The position numbers and the translations under genes were made by a program. A stretch of 62,996 bases of DNA, the filler included, from Basidiobolus ranarum (taxonomy: Eukaryota): assembly GCA_040143965.1 (NCBI GenBank). It is 26 parts of 26 records of this genome, joined end to end, with 100 filler letters (N's around TTAATTAATTAA, not from the genome) between each part and the next. Parts side by side here need not be neighbours in the genome. Positions count along the whole stretch, not along the records: positions 48,577 to 50,898 come from JASJQH010010354.1; positions 50,999 to 53,319 come from JASJQH010010355.1; positions 53,420 to 55,740 come from JASJQH010010356.1; positions 55,841 to 58,159 come from JASJQH010010357.1; positions 58,260 to 60,578 come from JASJQH010010358.1; positions 60,679 to 62,996 come from JASJQH010010359.1; 20 more parts are not named here. One strand, given 5' to 3'. Below the pieces are notes generated by a model that was given only the letters and a program-made list of their open reading frames with translations, was not told the DNA's origin and made no database searches. The number at the start of each line of letters is the position of its first letter. The stretch's first letter is position 1. Below are positions 49,028 through 60,829 of the stretch, in pieces.

Positions 49028-50740
49028 AGTAAACCTGATTCTCTGCCATCTAAACATTCAATCGCGTTGTCTCCGAACAAATGCAATAAACTTCGTTTGC
49101 ATCATTATCTCGCTAATTATAGATATTTTGATACTATTGCCATAGTTTTAACATTTGAGCTTGGACACACTTTGAGAGTGGGTTTTAAAGATGATTAACA
49201 GATTTGCCTACTCTACTACTTCAACTCAATCAGTACAATAAGAATATCATAATGCTATTTAGTGCATAATCGTAAGCAAATACTACATCGAAAGCCCATG
49301 CCACGCTAACACTCAAACATTATTTATGTTCAGATAAAATAAAAAGTGTCTCCTCAAGAATCGCCTATTGTCTTTGTGCAAACCCGCGTACCCTTCTCCA
49401 TATCGTTCCAATTTAAAGAAGTGCCTGAGACGAAGGGTATGTTGACTTTCATCAGCAGTTAGGAAAGAGTCACGATTAGATGCTTATAGCAATTGCTACT
49501 ATGAATTTGACATCTCAATATATCAATTCAAAACAGGCAGTTTGTTGTCAAAACGAAATTACTAGTATCTTTTAAAATAACACAATAATAGTGTCTTTTA
49601 AAATAGCATAATCAAAGACGCTATCGTAAATATCAAATCTTCTTCTGGCTTCAACAGATGTCAACCGCTTTCAATTCCAATTACGAAGCTTGGTTATATT
49701 AGTTCTACCAAGTACATTTCAATGAATTCATTACATTCTCTTTACTTGTATTTGCAACTTGAAGACTAATAGTAAATGTCCGAGAATGTGATAAGGAATT
49801 TCAAGTTGGGTAACATTTGGATATTTTGCTTCAGACAGTGTTTAAAATGTAAGAGCCCTCTGAACACAAAATGAGCATGTATTGCGCTCAATCTGCTCTA
49901 AAAGGCTCCAGTTAATCATTTGTTCGGGAATCACCCAACTTTCATAGGTAATCGCAAAGGTCGTGTACTTATGTACAAATGTAGATAGTTTGTTATGATT
50001 TGGAAATGGTTGATTTATTAGAAATAAAATATATTTTATTGGGATTTCTATCTATATCTAATAGACAGTCACACTCTAGCAACAAAAAAGAATCTTTTTT
50101 CTTCAACGAAGAAACATATACTAGGGAGGCCTGATGTTGACTTTTTAAGAAAATACTCTATATTTCGCCCAGATTGTGTACTTACACTATACCACACTGA
50201 ACAACATGGTAAGCCTTCATCTTCATATTTTTGATTACTTGCAGCATACAATGATGATTGCTTTGCCGCCCCAGTCATACACACACGCAACCACAACGTA
50301 TTGCTCTCCATAGTAACTTTTCTTTTTTCTAGATTTTTAAAGTCTTGTTCAGCTACGCGGTTGTTTGGTATCAATGAAAATAAATTGTATTTTTTTGTTG
50401 ACTGATTTTAGAATTTGGCATTTGCTTGTATTGTGTGATGTATGAAATAGTATTAAATTGATAATGAAATAGCCAACCAGGAAGGTTTGGGTATATAGCA
50501 AGTGAGAAAATTAATATTCCATATTAATTATATTAATTATGTCAATGTAAAATTAGTAAGCAGATGTGACTGTATTTGTAAATAAGTTACAAATGTTTAC
50601 ATGAAAATTAATGCGTTTGAACTTAGAGGAAATCTATCAGCAATCAGCCATGCTTTCAGGTTGGATATATTTGGGTTCTGGAGTATTGGTTAGGGTATAG
50701 ATGTTCTGGTAAGGGTAAGGGAGGGTAAGGATGAAAAGAG

Positions 50741-50885
50741 GAGGTCTGGGGGACGCAGTCCTCCCAGTATAAAAAGAAAGCAGGGGGTTGGGGGATGCAA
50801 TCCCCCATGTAAAAAAGAAAGCAGGGGGTTTGGGGGATGCAATCCCCCATGTACACCCTTCTCACAATATACTCAAGTCACTAGT
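50741..50885 (+). repeat. Three ~41-bp units, each with a GC-rich hairpin TGGGGGA-N5-TCCCCCA, followed by CTAGT (possible rolling-circle element end)
   Basis: Palindromes near 50747-50766, 50789-50807 and 50831-50849; CTAG at 50881. Confidence 0.6.
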
Positions 50886-50998
50886 ATATGGGAAGAATNN
50901 NNNNNNNNNNNNNNNNNNNNNNNNNNNNNNNNNNNNNNNNNNTTAATTAATTAANNNNNNNNNNNNNNNNNNNNNNNNNNNNNNNNNNNNNNNNNNNN

Positions 50999-53180
50999 TG
51001 TGCTACAGCAACATGCTGCACCTTCCATCCATTCTAATACAGGATTTCAATCAAACCCACCCCATACATATGAACATCATCATGACAATCTAGCAAAGCA
51101 GAATATGTGTTGGACCATTAAGCCTACACAATGACCCAATATTGGTTGGGCACATGAAAGTACAAATCTCATAGGAAAACCAGCAAACCAGAAGACTCTG
51201 AATGTCAGAGCTGCTCTCACTTGCTCTGATGATGAATGGTTTGCATTTTGGAAACTATGCAGAATCTTGCCCAAAATCACCTTGATTTGAGGCAATTGTG
51301 GAAAAGCCAAAAATCAGATGTTACTCTGAAGGTTCTTGACCTACATCATGTGGCTTGTCCTGGGTTTTTGCAAGCAAATAGCAACTGGGTTAGTATAGGC
51401 CTATTCAAGAAACATCTCAAAAATGTATGCACCTTTGAACTTGGAAAAGAAAGAAAAGCAGCTAAAGAAGTACTCAAGGAGCAGGAAGTTTGTAAACCCA
51501 AGGGAAAAGCAAAGGAGGCAATGAGTTTAGGCTCTACTGTCCCACTTGCTATATTCTTCATACCATTACATGGATCTGCATTTCCAGAGTCAGATATACT
51601 TGCAAAAAGCTTAATATCACCTTGGAACCAGGTACACCAGTTGGAAGAGTGCTAAATTTAGAAGTTTATCCAACAACTGGAGCCTCTCAACAAGCCAAAG
51701 CACCAGAAAGTAGAACTTATGGCTCTCCAACCTCAAGTTGTCCTTTTCAAAGTGTTGAAATTTGCCACAAAGTTGAAGGCAAGCAAAAAGCCAAACAAAC
51801 ACTGCAATGCACACTCAGTTGTATCACACTTCAAGGATGTATAAAAATAGCCAAAGTGCTTAAAGAGCATTATAAAAGGCATAAAGGTAAAACACAGTAG
51901 AAATATGCAGAAAGTAGCTTCAGAAGAAGAACATTCAACTTGACATTCATTCTGGTGTTGACTGTGCAGATATCTGGGAAGAACTTAATACAGAGTGGCA
52001 AAATATTGCAGGGTATCCACCAGATTGCTGGAAGAATGTTGATTCAGCAACATTAATACAATGGTGAGCTTTGATGGAGATGTTAATACAAACTTGTGTT
52101 GGATATGAGCTAAACCTTGGGTATGACAAACTCTATAAAAATATTCAGCAGAATATATCAAAGAGACTAGGGATTTCAAGACTGGAAGTATTAGATTTGT
52201 ATATATTCTAGTGGAATCTTGCAAAGATTTCTACCTGATAAGTATTGGCAACATTGGGAGTTGTTTGTGAATATTGCTAACAAATTCTTATAGCATTAAC
52301 TCACATTGGCAGATCTCAGGCAGATACAGCAATTGTGCAAAGATTTGGTACTTGGATATGAAAAACCTTTTTACAGGTTTAAAGAAGATAAACTGAATCT
52401 ATGCCAGTATTCAATACATTCTCTGCTGCATCTTTTGAAATTCTTAGAGATTACAGGCCCTTGCTATACATTCTGGGAGTTCTCAATGGAGTGCACCAGT
52501 GGTGAAATGATGCTCTGTGTGACATGGTCAGTATGACTGTATGCTTATCTAATTAACAATGCATCTGCAAAATCAATGATGGATGTAATACAATGGGTTG
52601 ATGAGACTGTAGGGTATATTAACCTTCCAATAAAGGGCTCTTCTCCAAGTGCTTAAAGTTTTTCCATCATTTGAGCACAATAACAGCAACAAAGCCCAAT
52701 TCATGGATGCAAAGTAAAGACCTCAATAAATCAGACTAATCTAACAGTATTTCTAGGAAAGCTGCAAGACAGACTTCTTGGTGAGATAGATCAAGATACA
52801 CAGCATGATTGTATTAGCAATGGGGTAATCTATTCAAGCTATGACATGTCTACTTGTGGCAGGACATTTGTTAACTGCATGTTGGGGATATTTTGGCTGA
52901 ATTCATGACAAAAAATGCTCAAATCCAAGAGCTTAATCTCATTGTGAATGGTTACAAGAGTCAGCTATTTGCCCATTGTTGGTGCTATTCAAAATTTCAG
53001 ATGTTTAGCAATTTCTTCACCATTAGTTTGCTGGTAAAGCATATTGATATTGTTGAGTTATATCTAATCAGTCAAGTATGTGCATATGAAAAGACTAAAC
53101 ACAACTAGATTCTTGTATCTATTGATTCTCATTATGGCTAGAATAGCAAGCCAAAAATATCTAAATAAAGGCAAGTATTT
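50999..53180 (+). mobile_element. CMC recombinant: ORF2 (50999-52180) joined to the transposase 3' half (52181-53180)
   Basis: Junction GGATTTCAAG|ACTGGAAG at a short CAA(A)G microhomology. Confidence 0.85.
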
Positions 53181-53184
53181 TAAT

Positions 53185-53319
53185 TGTTGGAGGATCTTGA
53201 CATAATGGGGGTAGACTTTGAGTATTAGAAGCAACTTATGATAGTGTGTTTTAGTAACTTTATTCTTAAGAGTATATGGTGACTTATATAGTAGAAAAGT
53301 AAATCAATTGTTTGAGATA
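53185..53319. repeat. LTR family C, start
   Basis: TGTTGGAGGATCTTGACATAATGGGG. Confidence 0.88.
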
Positions 53320-53419
53320 NNNNNNNNNNNNNNNNNNNNNNNNNNNNNNNNNNNNNNNNNNNNTTAATTAATTAANNNNNNNNNNNNNNNNNNNNNNNNN
53401 NNNNNNNNNNNNNNNNNNN

Positions 53420-55740
53420 CTCCAGCTATCATATAAATCAAAAAATACTAGCATATTATTATAAATGGTCTCTATATATACACAAACTTTATTAATCAGA
53501 CCCATTTCTATAATATCAATATATCTTAGTAACATACTAACAGCAAAAAAATTGCTGAAAATCACAAATTTCAAATAAAACTGGCAGTTGGCAAATAACC
53601 AATTTTTGCAACCATTGTCTATAATAATAAATCCTGAATTTGTACAAATATTTATATAGTATTCAGCCAAAATATTCCTGTCTTATAATCAACAAATGTC
53701 CTACAGCCAGTGGATGTGTCACTACTTCAGTATATTTATCTATTACTAAAACAAAAGTACCATGTATCTTCATCTATCTTGTCAACAAGTCCTTCTTGCA
53801 GCTTTCCTTAAAATATTATAAGTCTATGGGACCAATAAAACAGTTCCACAATATATATACACACTAACTGTCCATGAATTTGGTGTCATTGCTGTTATTG
53901 CACTCAAACAATACAAAAACCCAGAAGCAGACTGATTTAAGGACTAAGTGAGAAGGTTACTGATATCTCAAGTTACCTTAAACCATTGCACTATATCCAT
54001 CACAGATTTTGCTGCCACATTGCCAATACAATTTGCATATGGTAGCACTAATTCTTTCACTGACCCTAAAAAAAATAAAATTGATTTGATATGGATTGGA
54101 TTCACCCTTCTGGAACACAAAACCTTCACAGGACCATACCAATATTGGTGGCTTTTATTCTACCAGATATCTTGATGGTGAGATGGTGGCTTTCTAATGC
54201 TATCATGATAGTAATTGTACAGGGTGAAATATTGATCTTCATATCTGGCATGTGTTATTCAATTTCCAACAAATTTTTGAATGCAAGTTACTGCGCTTAC
54301 TGCTAAAGGAATATGAATTCCTGTCATAATGAGAATTAAGAAATACAAGAATCTTGTTGTGCTTAGCCTCTACATATGCACATACTTGACTGATCAGACA
54401 TAACTGAACAACATCAACATGCTTTACCAGCAAACTAATGGTGGCAAAACTGCTAAATATCTGAAATTTTGAATAGCACTTACACTGGGCAAATAGGTGA
54501 CTCTTATTACTGTTCACAATAACAATAAGCTCTTTTTATTTTTACAAATTTCCATAAAAAATTCAGCCAAAATATCCCTGACTTGCAGTCAACAAATGTC
54601 TAGCCACAAGTAGATATATTAATCCTTGAATGAATTACTTCATGGCTATAACAATAATACTTTGTATCTTGATCTATCCTACCAAGAAGTCTGTCTTGCA
54701 GCTTTCCTACAAGTCCCATCTCATAATCATACAAACAAAATAGTGCAAATTATTGAGATACTTACACTATGTCCATGGATTGGGCTTTGTTGCTGTCATT
54801 GTGCTCAAACAATGTGAAAACCAATGAGCAAATTGAAAAGAGGTCTTTGTTGGAAGGTTAATATAGAGTAGAGTCTTCTTGACCCATTCCATTACCCCTA
54901 TCACTGATTTTGCTGATATATTGTCAATCAGATTAGCATATGGTAATACAGACAATTTCACATGCAGCATCATTTTACTACAGCAATGCCCCATTGGGAA
55001 CTCCTAGAATGTATAGCAAGGGCCTATAACTTCTAAACACTGTGAAAGGAGCAGCAGGGAATGTCTTGAATACTGGCATAGATGCAGTCTATCTTCTTAA
55101 ACCTGTAATAAAGTTTCTCATATCCAATTACAAAGTCTTTGCACAGATGCTGTATCTGCTTGTGATCTGCCAATGTGAGTCAATCCATAAGAATATATTG
55201 ACAATATACCCTAACACTTCCAATGTTGCCAATACTTACCAGGCAGAAATTTTTTCAAGATTTGACTTGAATATATGCCAATCCAATACTTCCAATCTTT
55301 GCATTTAAATAAACATCTAGATGAGTGGATGTTGGTGGGTGTCATATTAAAATATGATTGTATCTTGACATTTTCAAGCATTTTCCCAATCAATTCAAAA
55401 CTTTGATCCTGTCTGGTATGGCTCATGCAGATTGAATTTTCCACTATACTTCTGAGTAAGTATTATTGAAATGTTGTTGAATAATAATTGCATAGTGCCT
55501 AATGGGTAGCTCTGACTCCAGCTGATTCCCTGTAGCAACACAAACTTAGGCTTATGGCTAATACCAAGTTTGATGTTAGACTGACTATTTGGTGAATTGC
55601 AATCAGTGATCATGTTGAAATCTGATCCCTGGATTGATGTTAGACTAACTGTTGGGTGAATTGATATAAGTGAACATGTTGAAATCTTCTGTGTTTGTTA
55701 TGATAAAATCATGTAGTTTAGTGTTCTATTTAGATAGTAG
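53420..55740 (-). mobile_element. Older, diverged CMC copy (53420-54063) and a younger copy with its right TIR at 54064
   Basis: Both encode the transposase C-terminus; CCCTAAAAAAAATAAAATTG at 54064. Confidence 0.88.
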
Positions 55741-55840
55741 NNNNNNNNNNNNNNNNNNNNNNNNNNNNNNNNNNNNNNNNNNNNTTAATTAATTAANNNN
55801 NNNNNNNNNNNNNNNNNNNNNNNNNNNNNNNNNNNNNNNN

Positions 55841-58159
55841 ACACTCCTGCCATCAGTAAACTTGGAGGTGTTTGTGCGCGCAATGCACAATCTTGCTGTA
55901 GATTTTGTCAAATCAATGGAGTCTACTCAATCAGGCATATGCATTACTACTATCAATATACAAACTAATTTCCATGATTTTACCATCAAGAGCCCAGTCA
56001 GATTTCAACATGATTACTGATAACAATTCACCAGATAGTCAGTCTAACATTAAACTTGGTATTAGCTGTAAGCCTAAGATTATATTGATGAAGGGGATCA
56101 GCTGGGACCAGGGCATCTCATTAGGCACTATGCACTTACTATTCAACAACATTCCAATACTACTCACTCAGCTATAAAGAGGAAAATTGAATGTGAGTGA
56201 GCCATTTGAGATAGGATTAAAGTTTGAATTGATTGGGAAAATGCTTAAAAACATCAAGATATCATCATATTTTACCAGGACTCCCATCATTATCCATTCA
56301 TCCAGGCATTTATTCAAATGCAAAGACTGGAAGTATTGGATATCTATATATTAAAGTGGAATCTTGAATAGATTTCTGCCTGAAGAGTATTGGCAACATT
56401 GGGAGTTGCTTATGGATATTGTTAATATATTCTTATGGCATCAACTCATATGGGCAGATCTCAGGCAGATACAGCAGCTGTGCAAAGATTTTTAAATCAG
56501 ATATGAAAAACTTTGTTATAGGCTTGAAGAAGATAGACTGAATCTATGCTGGTTAAGGAGACTCCAGATTTTATTAACCTTCCAACAAAGGGCTCTTTTC
56601 AATTTGCTCATGGGTTTTCACATTGTTTGAGCACAATAACAGCAATAAAGCCCAATTCATGGACATAGAGAAAGTACCTCTATAATTTGGACTAATTTGT
56701 TTGTTTAATAATCTGATGGTATATCTAGGAAAGCTACAAGACAGACTACTTGGTGAGATAGATGGAGATACACTATTATTGTTTCAGCCAAGGGGTAATC
56801 TATTCAAGGAATGACACATCTACTTGTGGCAGGAGATTTTTTGACTGCAGTTGGGTATATATTTGCTGAATTCTTTATGAAAATTTGCCAAAATCCAAGA
56901 GCTTATTTACACAGTGAACCATAACAAGAGTCATCTATTTGCCAGGTGTCCGTGTTATTCAAAACTTGGATGTTTAGCAATTTTTCCACCATTAGTTTGC
57001 TGGTAAAGCATATTGATGTTGTTGAGTTATGTCTAATCAGTCACGTATGTACATATGTAGAGACTAAACACAACAAGATTTTGGTATTTTTTTATTCTCA
57101 TTATGGCTGGAATACAGAGCTTAAAATATCTAATTACAGGCATGCATATTAATATGAATTCCTACAGCAGTAAACCCTGTGATTTGCCATTTGAAAATTA
57201 AATTTGCAAAAATTGCCAGAAATTAATAATGTGTGCCAAACATGAGGAACAATATTTTAATATGTATTAATACCATTGGAAAACCATCAAGAAACTGCTG
57301 TCACACAATCAAAATCCATGGCAGAATGCAAGCCACTAATATTGTGATGGTTCTCTGATGGTTTTGTAATTTTGAAGGGTGGATGAAAGTGGATCAAATT
57401 GATATTAATTCTGTTATGGCACACACCTGGTTCAAGTGAAAAACACTTGTCAATTGTAAGACTTATAATCCCTCAGTAATTAAGCTACCGTCATGTCCAA
57501 CTGATTGTTTGGCTTTCAATAATGATCTGGAAAACCTGAAGTCATGTACTGTTTGCACACAAATGGCAATCACTGAATTAGGTAACTATTATTCAAATTT
57601 GGCTTACATACCATTGATTCTCCATCTTAAAGTTTTGATGAAATCACCCAACTATAGATCTTTGATCCAGTACCAAAGTACTAACCATAAAGCTGATGGT
57701 ATTACCAATATACTTGATAGATATCACTACCCAAATCTGAAAAGTCAAGGTTTCTTTGAGAACACATATGATCACGCATTTGCATTGGCTCTGGATTGTT
57801 TCTCATTAAAAAAATATATTGTTGGAAAGGCTTTCCGCCCAATAATTTTAATCAACATGAATCTTCCTGCTTCTGAATGTTATAAGAGTCATAATATTTT
57901 GCAACCAACCATCATATTTGGACCTAAATCACCAGTGCTTATAGATAGCTTCTTGGAGCCTTTGACTGCAGAATTTGAATGATTATCTCATGGTGTTTTG
58001 ATGGTGTATATTTTATTAAAGCTAATGTTAGTGCATGTATTGGTACTCTCCTCCCATCAGTAAACTTAGAGGTTTTTGCAGGTACAATGCACTTTCTTGC
58101 GGTAGAATTCATTAAATCAACGCAGTTTACTCTGTCAGGTATATGCATTACTACTATTC
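55841..58159 (+). mobile_element. CMC 3' half ending at the right TIR (57419), followed by transposase core of another copy
   Basis: Tnp2 motifs; TTCTGTTATGG end. Confidence 0.9.
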
Positions 58160-58259
58160 NNNNNNNNNNNNNNNNNNNNNNNNNNNNNNNNNNNNNNNNN
58201 NNNTTAATTAATTAANNNNNNNNNNNNNNNNNNNNNNNNNNNNNNNNNNNNNNNNNNNN

Positions 58260-60110
58260 ATCTAAGCACGTCCAATAGTCCTATTTCATAGTAAACTATA
58301 AATAGGACATATTCAATTCAATAAAACTTAAGTGTCTAATTCACAAATCCAAATCTTGTCCAAAACACTTTCAAATCCCCTAAACACTTTTATCATTGAT
58401 ATGGGAACTCCTGGCTTTGATTTGAGTAATTTTGTGCCAAATCAGATGAAATTTTGAGTAATTTCACATTGGGATCCATTGGTGTTGACACAGGCTTGCT
58501 ATTGTCCATGTTGTGGCATTTTAGGATATCTAGGATCTATCTAGACTGATGCAGCATGACTTTCTGATAGGGTTTATCTCTGTTGATTTGGATTCCAAGG
58601 AAATAACTGAATTCACCCATATCAGTCATCTGAAATTGGTTTGCTAAGTTACTTTTGGTCTAATTAAGGGCATCTAGATCAATTGTTACCATGATCAAGT
58701 CATCCACATATAGTACCAAGAAAAGAATCCTATTTCTGGTTGTTTTGAAGTACATACTGTGATCTGCTGTGCATTTTTGGAATTTTAGTGATTCAAAATA
58801 TATGTCTTTCTTGTTGTAACATGCCCTGGGTGCTTGCTTGATTCTATATAGCAGCTATTGCAGTTTACAGATCATATCAGGGTGTTTTGGGCCAACAAGT
58901 CCATCTGGTTGCTCCATTGAGATTTCTTCTAGTTTTCCATTCACAAAGACTATTTTGTCAACCATTGGACGTAGATCAAGTTTATGGATGGCTCAGAGCA
59001 CCAGGATTGCTCTAGTGGAGTTGAATGTAACAACTGGAGCAAAAGTTTCATTAAAATCAACTCCCACAGTCTGTTGCAATTAATCTTTCTTTATGCCTTT
59101 TGATAGGCCCATCAGCTTAGTTGGTGACTGTAAAAAGCCATTTGCTTTGTATTGGCTTTCTTCCTGAAGCTAGGAGACTTAAAATCCATGTTTTATTGTC
59201 CTGAAGTAAGAAAACTCATCACAAACTGATTTTCCCCATGACTTTGATGCTGAACCCTTCAGATCTTGATCTAGAGCCTGTAGCTTGCTTTAGAATGCTG
59301 CATAAACATGGACATCATGATTGGAAGTGTTCCACCAGTTCCCTGGCTTATTCCTTCTTTGGCATGGTCTTCTAGGTCCTTAATCATCTTCTTATGTAAT
59401 TCAAGCTGAAATTTTGCTTGAATTGGTTGCAGATACAGCTAATGATCAAACATCACAGCTCTACACTTTATTAACTTTTGATTTTTAGTATCAAACAATC
59501 TGTAGGCCTTAGATCCATCACAGTAACCAAGATATATTCATTTTCTGCTGTTGGGTTCCAATCAGAGCATTTTTGAGTGGTAATTAGATAATATGCTTTG
59601 CAACCAAAGATCCTTAGATGATACACACTTGGTTTTGATCCATAAACAGCTTCAAATGGACTAGAATTTCATAGAAATCTTGTTGGGCATCTGTTTTGAT
59701 ATAGACTACAGTGGAGACCAATTCAGCCTAATATTGGTGATCTAACTTTTGATCATGTAACATTTATCTTACCATTCATGCCATAGTCCTATTAGCATGT
59801 TCTGCAACTCCATTTTGCTGTAGAGTATAAGGTACGGTAGCTTCTTGCTTAATTCCATGATCAGAACAAAAACTAGCAAAGTTTTGAGAGCTGTATTCTC
59901 CACCATTATTGCTCCTTAATACCCTTATTTTGTGTGCTGATTCTTTCTCTGCCATTGCTTTGCAGTGCTTGATCATAGCAAAGGCTTGAGATATTGATTT
60001 GATGGAGTATACCCAATTATATCTAGTTTTGTCATCAACAAAGGTCATAAAGTACCGCAACCCACCTAGTGAGTTGTTTTCATTGGCCCACAAAGATCAG
60101 AATGAATTAG
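58260..60110 (-). mobile_element. LTR-D 3' part (+, 58260-58395) and copia integrase-RT remnant (-)
   Basis: LIHSDLCG, YFMTFVDDKTR, LRSNNGGEY, QQNGVAE, VLYVDDLI. Confidence 0.93.
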
Positions 60111-60163
60111 GGCAAAATTCCGAGCAGATTGGGTAACTGACAATGCAAGTTCATCCCCTAGTT

Positions 60164-60578
60164 TGTAACTTATCAATCATTCAATATTTAACTGTAAACA
60201 ATTAATACTGTAACTTGCCAAGTCAAGTATATAACCAAGTCACTTACATCTTTTCAGGCCAATCATATGTCACTCACTCACACAATATCCTGATCTTCAA
60301 TTGTGCCCAATTGCTCCTGCTTTATGAAACATCAGTAGTTTTCACATTGGTGACAAATCACAGCACTCAAGGATGGATCAATCTGCAGTATGATAGTATT
60401 AATTTGGATTGGTTGATTCAACATTTTTAGATCAGCAAATGATTCATTCAATCATGTAAGCTTCTAAGTGGGTAAGAATGTGCATGGATTGAGACATATT
60501 CATCCAATATGGATGTGCAAGCTTTTTATTGGCAGACACTTTTCATTGAATTGTAGTGAAATTGCTTGTATTAATAGG
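60164..60578 (+). repeat. Repeat family X, 5' part
   Basis: Reverse complement of about 13645-14030. Confidence 0.7.
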
Positions 60579-60678
60579 NNNNNNNNNNNNNNNNNNNNNN
60601 NNNNNNNNNNNNNNNNNNNNNNTTAATTAATTAANNNNNNNNNNNNNNNNNNNNNNNNNNNNNNNNNNNNNNNNNNNN

Positions 60679-60829
60679 GTATATTCCCTATTCAGTATAT
60701 TATGTTTCACATTGCAATATCTTCATACGCCCCATGTATTCCTTGATCAGACCTCAGTCTGATCAATGCCAGTTATCAATAAAGATTCTTGCCAAAGTAT
60801 CTTCCTTGTCCAGTCTTGTCTTGTCTTGT
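60679..60829 (+). mobile_element. Putative LINE/SINE 3' end: hairpin, AATAAA, (CTTGT)n tail
   Basis: Hairpin at 60743-60766; tail CTTGTCCAGTCTTGTCTTGTCTTGT at 60805-60829 abutting CMC sequence. Confidence 0.55.

Noticed and set aside
50069-50374. Possible Tc1/DDE transposase remnant (LWLRVCMTG)
   Set aside because: Resemblance limited to one weak motif; no DDE residues or TIRs recognised
51900-52180. Frequent in-frame TGA suggesting an alternative genetic code
   Set aside because: Confined to repeats and explained by CGA>TGA decay; host genes read normally in the standard code
2339-60678. Regularly spaced TTAATTAATTAA (PacI-like) motifs every ~2.4 kb, suggesting an array
   Set aside because: Artificial linker embedded in Ns between size-sorted contigs; no synteny or gene clustering can be inferred across linkers
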